In this document: one piece after another, positions 49,887 to 58,289 of the stretch
Position numbering within the stretch: position 1 is the first letter of the stretch
How the letters are laid out: every line of letters starts with the position of its first letter
NCBI GenBank assembly: GCA_963837955.1
Contig: CAWIPH010000002.1
Coordinates: 1,280,001 to 1,344,000 of the forward strand
Direction: 5' to 3'
Source: an uncultured Verrucomicrobiae bacterium
GTDB lineage: Bacteria; Verrucomicrobiota; Verrucomicrobiia; Chthoniobacterales; JAFAMB01
Length of the DNA stretch: 64,000 nt
The notes under the pieces: generated by a model
Seen by the model: the letters and a program-made list of their open reading frames with translations, nothing else
Databases searched by the model: none
Told to the model about the DNA's origin: nothing
Translations under genes and position numbers: made by a program

Positions 49887-50708
49887 ATGGATGTGCTCTG
49901 GTCTCGCGATCGGTTTCCGGTAATACCAGAAACTCATTCGGTAGAATCGAACGATTTTGTCTCGGTCCTGAGACGACGCGGCGCTTTGGCGCGCGAAATT
50001 TTTGCTACCGGCCCGGCGGCGGTCACCGAGACTCAGGCCACCACCATCCTGGCATTCAAATTCGCAGACGGAGTGTTGGTTGCCGGAGATCGACGAGCAA
50101 CGGCCGGGAACATTGTGATGTACGACCGAGCAGATAAGGTGCTCGAAATTGACCGCCATTCAGTCATGGCTATCGCCGGGTCGCCCGCGACGGCATGGGA
50201 GATGGCTCGTGTTCTTGAGCATTCATTTCAATATTATCGTCGAAGCCAGCTCCAGGAGATGAGCGTTGAAGGAAAGGTGCGAGCCCTCTCGAAGTTGCTT
50301 CGGGATAACTTGGGAATGGTTCTGCAAGGAGTCGGTGTGGTGGTGCCGCTTTTTGCCACTTTCGACGCGAAAGCGGCTGAGCCAGCGAAGGTTTTCTTTT
50401 ATGACGCAATGGGTGCGCAATTTGAAGCCGCCGATTTTGCGGCCAGTGGATCGGGCGGACCTTCAGTTCGCAGTATTCTTTATTACGAAAACACTTGGGG
50501 TGCCAAGCCGCTGAGAGAACTTGATCAGGCGGCCGCCGTTACGGTTGCGTTGCGGGCGTTGGATACTGCAGCCGAGGCAGATACCGCTACTGGCGGCATT
50601 GACCGGCAAGGGAAGATATTCCCCATCGTCAAAATAATCGTCCGGGAAGGTATTCAATCGATTGAGCAGGGCGAGTTGGCCTCCCGTTTTCAGGCAGCTT
50701 TGACATGA
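49887..50708 (+). CDS. prcB: 20S proteasome beta subunit
   Basis: 51-aa propeptide, then TTILA...AGDRRATAG...DKV...SGSG...D.ATGG Ntn-hydrolase motifs. Confidence 0.9.
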   Translation: MDVLWSRDRFPVIPETHSVESNDFVSVLRRRGALAREIFATGPAAVTETQATTILAFKFADGVLVAGDRRATAGNIVMYDRADKVLEIDRHSVMAIAGSPATAWEMARVLEHSFQYYRRSQLQEMSVEGKVRALSKLLRDNLGMVLQGVGVVVPLFATFDAKAAEPAKVFFYDAMGAQFEAADFAASGSGGPSVRSILYYENTWGAKPLRELDQAAAVTVALRALDTAAEADTATGGIDRQGKIFPIVKIIVREGIQSIEQGELASRFQAALT

Positions 50709-51484
50709 TCGACGAACCATATCGTTGGGTGGAAGCAATTGCCAATCGGCGAGAGTACATCGAACACGAGCTGGCCGGCGGCAGTCCTACCATTGCGCTC
50801 AGTTGCGTCGAAGGAGCGTTGCTTTTCACGTTTGGTAAAGAGCGCAAGAAAATCTTCGAAATCTACGATCGCATAGCCATGGGCGGAATAGGACATCCCG
50901 GAGATATCGAGCGGTTGCGGATGCTGGCCATCGAGCTTGCCAGCACGGAGGGATTCACGCGTTCGGCGGCCGATGTTTCGCTCCGGCGGATGGTAAATTA
51001 CTCATTCAGTCCGGCGTTAAAACAGGCGTTTGAGCAAATTTACGGAGCGCCTTACCTCGCGCGTTTGCTCTTTGCGGAGCTCGGCGACGATCCAGATCTC
51101 GATCTTTTTGTCCGGCTTGACTACGATGGCGCGATGCACGCCAACGCAATGGGACCGGGAAAGTTTCGCGATCATTTCGGTGTCATCTCCGGCACGCGTC
51201 GGTCGACCGAAGCCATCGAAACTTATCTGCGAGAGAAAAAAGTAGGCGAGCTGAAAGAATCGCTACCAACTGCGGTTCAGGCCTGGGGGATCGGATTATT
51301 CATGGCCGACGAAGAACACCAGGTGGTGCCGGAAGAGGCCGTTCTGCATGAGTTTCTTCGGGAGAAGCTGCAGCGGTATACGGTGGAAGCGGCTTTCTTG
51401 GAACGAAGTCCGGAAAGGCGCATAGCATTTGTTGAGTTAGGAGAAAAGACTCTGGCCAAAGCCTTGGATCCGTTCCGGAGTTAG
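50705..51484 (+). CDS. prcA: 20S proteasome alpha subunit
   Basis: EPYRW.EA..NRR, KIFEIYDRIA..GIG...D.E.LR, PY....L.AE.G; ATGA overlap with prcB. Confidence 0.88.
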   Translation: MIDEPYRWVEAIANRREYIEHELAGGSPTIALSCVEGALLFTFGKERKKIFEIYDRIAMGGIGHPGDIERLRMLAIELASTEGFTRSAADVSLRRMVNYSFSPALKQAFEQIYGAPYLARLLFAELGDDPDLDLFVRLDYDGAMHANAMGPGKFRDHFGVISGTRRSTEAIETYLREKKVGELKESLPTAVQAWGIGLFMADEEHQVVPEEAVLHEFLREKLQRYTVEAAFLERSPERRIAFVELGEKTLAKALDPFRS

Positions 51485-51489
51485 CGGAG

Positions 51490-52302
51490 ATGCGCCCCAT
51501 GCTAAAAGAGCTGGGCAAGAAGTTTCTCCGAGTTGGTTGCCACGCGCTCGCTTGGGTCGGATTAATCGTCCTGTTCCGGCTCTTTATTCTCGTTCTGCAA
51601 CACTCTCCTCCCGTCTCTCCCGAAAGCCCGCGCGTCGAGCCAAGGATTTTGCCTGGGATTTTTGATACGGTCGTAGTTGATCCAGGCCATGGCGGTACGG
51701 ACGAAGGTGCAGATGGTCACGGTCTGAAGGAAAAAAATATTACTTTGGACCTGGCCCACCGCATAATACCGAAATTGAACGCCCTCGGGTTCACGGCGAT
51801 CTTGACTCGAGAAGCGGACCAATTTGTCTCTCTGCCCGACCGAGTTGCCATCGCCAACGCCGTCCCAGGAGCGATCTTTATCAGCTTGCATTGTAATTTT
51901 TCTGACAACGTCAATGCCCGCGGTATTGAGGTATATCGGTGTGACTCCAAATCAGATGCATTCAACATCCGAGTGTCCCTGACTACCGGCAACGCTGAAG
52001 CGATCGGCGATGTCGAAAGTCGATTGGCTCAGGCGCTGGGTGATTCCGTGATGCAGCGATTGCACTGTGAAACTCGCGGATTAAAGATTGCCAATTTTTA
52101 CGTCGTTCGGAACATTGGCTTTCCCGCCGTATTGGTCGAATGTGGGTTTCTCAGCAACGCGGATGACGCCAAGCAACTAGCCGACGAGACTTATCGAGAG
52201 AAGCTCGCGCAGGCGCTCACCGCCGGAGTCGCTGCTTATCGCTCGCTTATGGGTCCAAATGGAGTAAAATCGGTGAGCATCGATCCAGATACCGGTCGAT
52301 GA
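51490..52302 (+). CDS. N-acetylmuramoyl-L-alanine amidase (Amidase_3) with N-terminal TM
   Basis: DPGHGG, EK, FISLHCN, PAVLVECGF. Confidence 0.9.
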   Translation: MRPMLKELGKKFLRVGCHALAWVGLIVLFRLFILVLQHSPPVSPESPRVEPRILPGIFDTVVVDPGHGGTDEGADGHGLKEKNITLDLAHRIIPKLNALGFTAILTREADQFVSLPDRVAIANAVPGAIFISLHCNFSDNVNARGIEVYRCDSKSDAFNIRVSLTTGNAEAIGDVESRLAQALGDSVMQRLHCETRGLKIANFYVVRNIGFPAVLVECGFLSNADDAKQLADETYREKLAQALTAGVAAYRSLMGPNGVKSVSIDPDTGR

Positions 52303-52312
52303 CTGCCTCCCG

Positions 52313-53125
52313 ATGAAAACGCTTCTGGTGCGCCGTGCCGCTAGAATCAGGTTCCCTCGAGCTGGTACCCTGATTTTGGGTAGTTTTTTTGCGTGGTCTG
52401 TCGTCACCTGGGCAGATGATCTGACTCGGGCTGTTCAAGAGCGGTTGAAAGATCGGGGATTTTATTATGGCCAAGTAGACGGCCAGGGTGGATCGGAGAC
52501 CTCGGCGGCAATTCGCCGCTACCAGATTCGATACGGCTTGAAAGTAAACGGTGATCTCAACCAGGAGACGCTGAATTCGCTTGGCCTATCTGCTACTAAT
52601 CTCCCGCCTGCCTCGTCCGCGACGCCACGTATGCCCGAGTCGAATCAACCGGGGGGAACTAATCGTCCCAATGCGACCCCTCCGCCGGCACAGCGCAATC
52701 GGGTCCCCTCAAACGGTGACGAAGAATATGTCGATCCACGAAACTATCCCTCGGATGGGGAGCCCAGACCGCGCAGCGAAACGATAAATTATCGGGTGAT
52801 GTACGCTGGAACGCTTTACGCCTTTGCTCCGGATCAAGTGCAGCAGAACGTCATGCGCGCAGTGCAAAACGAATTGGCCAGGTGGGGATTTTATCGTGCC
52901 GAGATTGATGGGAATCCCGGTCCGGAAACGATACAAGCGCTTCGCGAGTTCCAGCGACAACGCGGGCTTTGGCCGACCGGAAAATTAGATAACTGGACTT
53001 TGCGAGCGTTGCGAGCGTTTCCCGGACAGCGCAACGGCCCTCGGATCCGGAGACGGCCTATCGATCCTCGTTTTGGTCCGGATCCTTATTCTCGTGGGCC
53101 GCAGCAGGAGACTTGGGTCGACTAG
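52313..53125 (+). CDS. protein with two peptidoglycan-binding (PG_binding_1) domains
   Basis: two VQ..L...GFY...DG..G.ET..A.R.(Y/F)Q...GL...G.L repeats. Confidence 0.85.
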   Translation: MKTLLVRRAARIRFPRAGTLILGSFFAWSVVTWADDLTRAVQERLKDRGFYYGQVDGQGGSETSAAIRRYQIRYGLKVNGDLNQETLNSLGLSATNLPPASSATPRMPESNQPGGTNRPNATPPPAQRNRVPSNGDEEYVDPRNYPSDGEPRPRSETINYRVMYAGTLYAFAPDQVQQNVMRAVQNELARWGFYRAEIDGNPGPETIQALREFQRQRGLWPTGKLDNWTLRALRAFPGQRNGPRIRRRPIDPRFGPDPYSRGPQQETWVD

Positions 53126-53214
53126 CAAGGTGTATCACATGCCCGGGTAGGGCGACTTACCTTCCGACAAAGCCTCGCGGTAGCCGTGCCGCCGTCGGAC
53201 GCTGAGAGGAGTGT

Positions 53215-53442
53215 CGTCCCGCAGGGACGCAATGAAAGTAGCCCAGCACTTAGTGCTGGGTTAACATTGTGTGAAGAGCGGGTCCGTCCCGGTAGGGGAC
53301 GATCGAACCGTTGACCTTCAGCGGGAGTCGATCCCAGTGAACGTGGGCGGCGATCGATCGTCCCTCCGGGACGGACTGCCTTCAAAAAACGCTTACCCAG
53401 CACTTAAGTACTGGGCTACTTTCATCTGCGTCCCTCCGGGAC
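53215..53442. mobile_element. non-autonomous copy of the tnpA-flanking inverted arms
   Basis: TGAAAGTAGCCCAGCACTTAGTGCTGGG ... CCCAGCACTTAAGTACTGGGCTACTTTCA with CGTCCC..GGGAC palindromes. Confidence 0.8.
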
Positions 53443-53572
53443 AATTCCGTCAAGCCGCGCTGGATCTTACGATCTTTACCGCGACCTATTATGTCGGCGC
53501 ACAAGCATGGCCGCAGGCCCGTTTTCGTTTAAGCTTGCGTGGCTGGAGCAAGTGCTCTTCCGTAGCCGCCGA

Positions 53573-54868
53573 ATGGAAGCCACGATAGAGCGTTTGGGCG
53601 AAGGCCAATTTTTGTCTCCTCTTCGCCACGGTCACTTCGACAAATTTAAGTCTGACGACCAGCGCGTGTTGTTGGACGACACCATCAGAGGCACTCCGCA
53701 CGCCGCCTCAGCCAGTGAGGCGCCGCGGAGTTTTGAACTGGCTGGTCCGCGCGAGAAGCTATTTTTTGATCCTCCGAAAACCACCGCGGCAATCGTCACC
53801 TGTGGGGGCTTGTGTCCCGGTCTTAACGACATCACGCGGGGCATTGTGATGGAGCTCTACACGCGGTACGGAGTGACGCGTATCTACGGCATCCGCTACG
53901 GATACGAAGGATTAGTCCCCCGCTATGGCCACGTCCCCTTGACGCTCAAACCCGAATCCGTCTCCACCATTCATACCTTTGGGGGAACGATTCTTGGAAG
54001 TTCGCGCGGACCACAGAATATCGGCGAAATGATCGATCATCTCGAAGAATTGGGAGTCGATATCCTGTTTTTAATTGGCGGCGAAGGAACCTTACGCGGG
54101 GGCGAAGAAATGACCGCAGAGATTCGACGCCGCAATCTGAAGAAAAGCGTGATCGGCATTCCCAAAACCATCGACAACGACATCATGTATATCGACAAGA
54201 GCTTCGGCTTCGAAACCGCGTTTGCCGAGGCGGTGAAGGCGGTTTCTTCGGCTCATGTCGAGGCTCTAGGTGCCGTCAACGGAGTAGGCCTGGTGAAGCT
54301 CATGGGACGCGAATCAGGATTCATCGCCTGTTATGCTGCTTTGGCTGGTCAACACGTCAATTTCTGTCTGATACCGGAGGTGAGGTTTGCTTTGGAGGGC
54401 GAGCGAGGATTCCTGGAAATGCTTCGTCATCGAATCGCTCGAAGAAAGCACGCGGTGATTGTTGTCGCCGAAGGGGCTGGCCAGGATTTGCTGAAGGCAA
54501 GTGCGGAAAGGACCGACGCTTCCGGCAACCGCCGGTTGGGGGATATCGGCCTGGTCCTCAAAGATAGGATCAACGAATTTTTCACGGCCCGTCGAATGGA
54601 AATCAATCTGAAGTATATCGATCCCAGCTACCTTATTCGGAGCGTTCCGGCTTCTGCACAGGACAATGTGTATTGCACCCGATTAGCCCAGGCGGCGGCC
54701 CATGCCGGCATGACCGGGCGCACGAACATGCTGGTTGGGCGATGGCATGGGTCCTTTGTGCATATTCCATTCGGAGCGATCACTAAGGGTCGGCGAAAGG
54801 TAGATATTGATGGCGATCTTTGGTTGTCAGTTCTTGAGGCAACCGGACAACCAGCGCGAATGTTCTGA
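53573..54868 (+). CDS. pfkA: 6-phosphofructokinase (probably ATP-dependent)
   Basis: TCGGLCPGLN, GGTILGSSRG, GGEG, PKTIDND, MGRESG, DPSY.IR. Confidence 0.9.
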   Translation: MEATIERLGEGQFLSPLRHGHFDKFKSDDQRVLLDDTIRGTPHAASASEAPRSFELAGPREKLFFDPPKTTAAIVTCGGLCPGLNDITRGIVMELYTRYGVTRIYGIRYGYEGLVPRYGHVPLTLKPESVSTIHTFGGTILGSSRGPQNIGEMIDHLEELGVDILFLIGGEGTLRGGEEMTAEIRRRNLKKSVIGIPKTIDNDIMYIDKSFGFETAFAEAVKAVSSAHVEALGAVNGVGLVKLMGRESGFIACYAALAGQHVNFCLIPEVRFALEGERGFLEMLRHRIARRKHAVIVVAEGAGQDLLKASAERTDASGNRRLGDIGLVLKDRINEFFTARRMEINLKYIDPSYLIRSVPASAQDNVYCTRLAQAAAHAGMTGRTNMLVGRWHGSFVHIPFGAITKGRRKVDIDGDLWLSVLEATGQPARMF

Positions 54869-54972
54869 GAACAAGAACTCAGGGGTTCGGAAGTTCAAAC
54901 ATTCGCAGAATCAGTGAGTGTCGCAAAGCCGGCATCCTAGTCGTTCTAAGTGCAAGCCGGACAAAGCGTGCT

Positions 54973-55947
54973 CTACTCCTTGGACTCCTCAACTTCCGAA
55001 CTTATGAGCTCCTTGGGATGGGTCTTGAAAAATTGCCAGATCATTTGGGATGCGTTGAAATCAAGGCAGATATTTCCCAAGAAAAACATGTAAAAGGGGC
55101 GGGCGCTTCCTGGCCAAGTATGACCGCCACCAACCACGCGGCAAAGAATCACTTCCGCGTCATGTTTGCCGTCTGTCCATAGAAACTTTTCGGCATAACA
55201 ATCATCGTTTTGATTCGAGTCGGGCATGGGCAACTGAACATAGCGGCTCTTGCAGCTGTCGGCTCGGGACCAATATTCGACCGTCTCTTCGACGCCAATG
55301 ACTTCTCCGCCATCGTCGTTGACCTTCCCGCCCCCATAAGGAACCACCGGATCCGAAGTGCCGTGAATTTCCAGTACGGATACGGCCTCTTTTGGGCGAA
55401 ATTTTTTCGAAAAAGGAAATGCCAGTTGACCCGAGACGGGAGCTATCGCGGAGAAGATCGCCGACCGATTCGCCGCTAAGTAGTGACAAAAGATCGCTCC
55501 GTTCGAGAATCCAGTTGCGTAAATCCGATGCGGGTCGATCGGATAGTCGGCTTCTACCGTTTCCAGAATCCGATCCACGAAGGCGATGTCATCGATATCT
55601 TGCAGATAGGACTGAGCCGTTTCGTTTTCTCGGCCATCGTTCCAGTTCCCGTCAAACGCCTCGGGAAAGATAGCAATAAAATGGTTATCCTCGGCGATTC
55701 GATCAAAGTGAGTCAGATTAATAATGGATGCGGCGCCATGACCGGCCTCTTCAGTACCGTGGAAAACGAAGACGACCGGTACGGATCGCTCGAGATGAGA
55801 GGGCACGAACATCCGGAAAGTACGGTCTTGCCCGGAAAGCACCACTGTCGCGTTTCGAAAGGTGCCGGCAAAGAGGAGGGCCGGCGAAAATAGGGCATAG
55901 GTGAACAAAGCTCCGACACCAGAAAAAGAGGCGATCCTTAGGCCCAT
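54973..55947 (-). CDS. exported PHB depolymerase-like (LpqC-type) esterase
   Basis: FHG, WN, DDIAF, GFSNG, HGTSD, GGGHTWPG. Confidence 0.85.
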   Translation of the reverse strand: MGLRIASFSGVGALFTYALFSPALLFAGTFRNATVVLSGQDRTFRMFVPSHLERSVPVVFVFHGTEEAGHGAASIINLTHFDRIAEDNHFIAIFPEAFDGNWNDGRENETAQSYLQDIDDIAFVDRILETVEADYPIDPHRIYATGFSNGAIFCHYLAANRSAIFSAIAPVSGQLAFPFSKKFRPKEAVSVLEIHGTSDPVVPYGGGKVNDDGGEVIGVEETVEYWSRADSCKSRYVQLPMPDSNQNDDCYAEKFLWTDGKHDAEVILCRVVGGGHTWPGSARPFYMFFLGNICLDFNASQMIWQFFKTHPKELISSEVEESKE

Positions 55948-56089
55948 TAGATTCCCGCGATGCAATGCACAGAGTCCGCTTGAGCGGCGGATGATATTTA
56001 TCGAGCTTTTGGTCGTGAGCAAACGGGAAGGGACGTTTTCTGCATCGCGGGTCCTTTCATTTGTATTACCGTCGCCTGTCCCAAGAGTT

Positions 56090-56153
56090 GGTAGGGCGAA
56101 AATTTATTTGAGCCGGGAACCCTTGAGCGGCTCACGCCGAGCGTTCGCCGTAT
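56090..56153. repeat. short GGTAGGGCGAA element
   Basis: near-identical to 21772-21835. Confidence 0.8.
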
Positions 56154-56228
56154 CCGCCTCCGCTACGGCGAGGCAGGCCGATCAGGGGTAACCGCGATGC
56201 GAACCCCTCGAATCTGCTAACTTTTCAC

Positions 56229-56675
56229 TCACCAAAACACCGCGGGGAAACGAGAATTATTGCTTGCGACGGTGCTCGAAGGAGCGAAAAAGACACCGAT
56301 AACTCCAGAGCCGGGATGGATAGCGTGAGCAAACGCGGTTGCGGATTTGCTGGCCGGCCAAATGCGCCTGCTTCCCTCCTCGGGTGAGTAGGAGAAAAAG
56401 GTTCCATGCAAATCGAAGATCAAGTAATGAGCGAGGACCTCGCCGTCAGAGTTTTGAACTTCGAGTAATCTCTTCCAAACGGTCGGTGGCAACTCATCAT
56501 GGGCCAGCAAGAGGTTCCTGACCGTGTCTTTCACCTGAACCCGTCTATTGGCGTCTTCTGAAGTCGATTTTGTGACCCTGTGGCGAGTACGTTGCGGCGT
56601 CGCGAAGATTCTTGGAGGCTGCGTAAGGAGAGCGATCAGAACGGGAAGACTAAGAAGAACAGGCAGCTGTTTCAT
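56229..56675 (-). CDS. hypothetical exported protein, paralog of its upstream neighbour
   Basis: signal peptide; W.RLL.V...HYL...G.RR similarity to 56681-57067. Confidence 0.6.
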   Translation of the reverse strand: MKQLPVLLSLPVLIALLTQPPRIFATPQRTRHRVTKSTSEDANRRVQVKDTVRNLLLAHDELPPTVWKRLLEVQNSDGEVLAHYLIFDLHGTFFSYSPEEGSRRIWPASKSATAFAHAIHPGSGVIGVFFAPSSTVASNNSRFPAVFW

Positions 56676-56680
56676 ACTTA

Positions 56681-57067
56681 TCAACGCTGTTGCGCAAACA
56701 AAGTGCGGTTCTTGGTGTTCTCCTCGACATACCAACCATAGGTAGCGCGCGGATCAATCAGTTGGGCAAGCGTCGAAGCGGTGCGGGCGCCGGTGTGAAA
56801 GCGTTGAGTCCCGTGGATACTATCGAAACAAAGGATTTCGTCAGCTCCGCCAGCATAGACCAGGTACACATGCTGAAGCTGGTGTGGCCCGTATCGAACG
56901 ACTAACAGACGGCTCCAGATCGCAGTGTCCAATTCAGATTGAGCTTTAGCAGCGACAATAAGGCAATCGTTGATCGCTCCGGATTCCGCGAGCGCCGGTG
57001 GGCCATCGAAGCGGGCCAAATACCCGGCGAAGCATAGGATAAGGGCAACAAGACGTTTCTTAGCCAT
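56681..57067 (-). CDS. hypothetical exported protein with possible Cys-His-Asp triad
   Basis: signal peptide; NDCL...HVYLVY...CFD. Confidence 0.6.
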   Translation of the reverse strand: MAKKRLVALILCFAGYLARFDGPPALAESGAINDCLIVAAKAQSELDTAIWSRLLVVRYGPHQLQHVYLVYAGGADEILCFDSIHGTQRFHTGARTASTLAQLIDPRATYGWYVEENTKNRTLFAQQR

Positions 57068-57427
57068 TTGCGATTTCGAAGGCCCATAATGGATAATAAT
57101 TTCCGGAAAGCCAAGCAGAAAATATCAAATATGGGAATAAGTCTCTACAGTATGGCGATTAGACTCTTAATAATTAGAGTATCTGAGCATTAAATCCTCA
57201 AAAATGCTGCTCTATGACGTATTTCGATGGGCAATCGTAATTCGACTAGATCGAGTTGAATCAACATTGATAATTCTACACGCTTCGTCCAATTGGAGAC
57301 TTTTCGCCGGTGCACCATGTCTTTGGGGCGAAAAGCTCCTGACGCCGATACGCGGTGGAACCGCTTTAGCCGTTTGGCTCGCGATTCCGGGAAATTGCCG
57401 GGACGTACCAGGTGAAGCGAAGCACGG

Positions 57428-58126
57428 CTAGGCGGCCGGCATGATCATTGAGGCCAGTCGCGCGAGAAATCGGAGTAGGTAAACCAAATACCCAATCAAC
57501 CCGCAAAACTGGAGAAGGCCCAGGACGAGATGGAATTGGGCTCTAACGAACAGGTCCGGAAAGCAAATGAGCAGGGCGGCCGCGCCGGCGTGAAAGCAGA
57601 ACAAGAGGGGGACAATCCAGCGAATGTTCTGGTGCTGGTCCCGGTGCAGATAGGCCAACAGATTTTCACCGAGTTCAGCGGATCGACTCGCTCGCGCAAT
57701 GAGCCGAGTATCCACAACGAACAATACCCAGACCACCGCGGAGAAGAGGGCGAGCAAAGCGTACCAGCTGAGGGGGTCGGCGATCCGGGTAAAAGCGACC
57801 GACTCAATGAGAGCTGCACCAAAGTAGAAAAAGTTGTGGCTGAAATCGAGAGGCCAACGGATCACTGTTAGCGTGTGTCCGATCGAGCGCGACCAAAAGA
57901 GAAAAATCAGGAGAAGGGCGTTCAACAGGTAAAGCAGTTGGTCCAAACGGAAGTGAATGAGCGGTTCCGCGGCATTCGCGCACAGGAAGGACAACGCTAC
58001 ACCCTGAATGATACTGGTCAGGGTCAACTCTATGTTGATCACCAAATTGTCTAACCGCTCGCGCTTCGAATCGTGGTCGGAAATCGTTTTCGACAAGAAA
58101 TCAGGCTCTTGGGAGGAGTTTGGCAT
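57428..58126 (-). CDS. hypothetical integral membrane protein
   Basis: about six hydrophobic segments. Confidence 0.7.
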   Translation of the reverse strand: MPNSSQEPDFLSKTISDHDSKRERLDNLVINIELTLTSIIQGVALSFLCANAAEPLIHFRLDQLLYLLNALLLIFLFWSRSIGHTLTVIRWPLDFSHNFFYFGAALIESVAFTRIADPLSWYALLALFSAVVWVLFVVDTRLIARASRSAELGENLLAYLHRDQHQNIRWIVPLLFCFHAGAAALLICFPDLFVRAQFHLVLGLLQFCGLIGYLVYLLRFLARLASMIMPAA

Positions 58127-58289
58127 TGCCTAGTCGTTTAGCTCTCTGCACTTTACCAGTTTGAAATGGCGGGGGAACCTGGTTTTTATGTGTCTTACCC
58201 ATCTAACAATCAGAGGCGACAGCTGTGGTTGTAGATTGTTCAAAGCAACTTAAGGGTAGGAGCTCACTATGAGGACCGATCAATAAAGA

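Noticed and set aside
54073..54093. Inactive Pfk because GGDG reads GGEG
   Set aside because: Glu at this position is known in functional actinobacterial Pfk enzymes, and the other motifs are intact
58160..58289. c-di-AMP (ydaO) riboswitch before the APC permease
   Set aside because: GCGGGGGAACC resembles the 5' part, but I cannot find the conserved 3' half; an Rfam covariance search would be decisive
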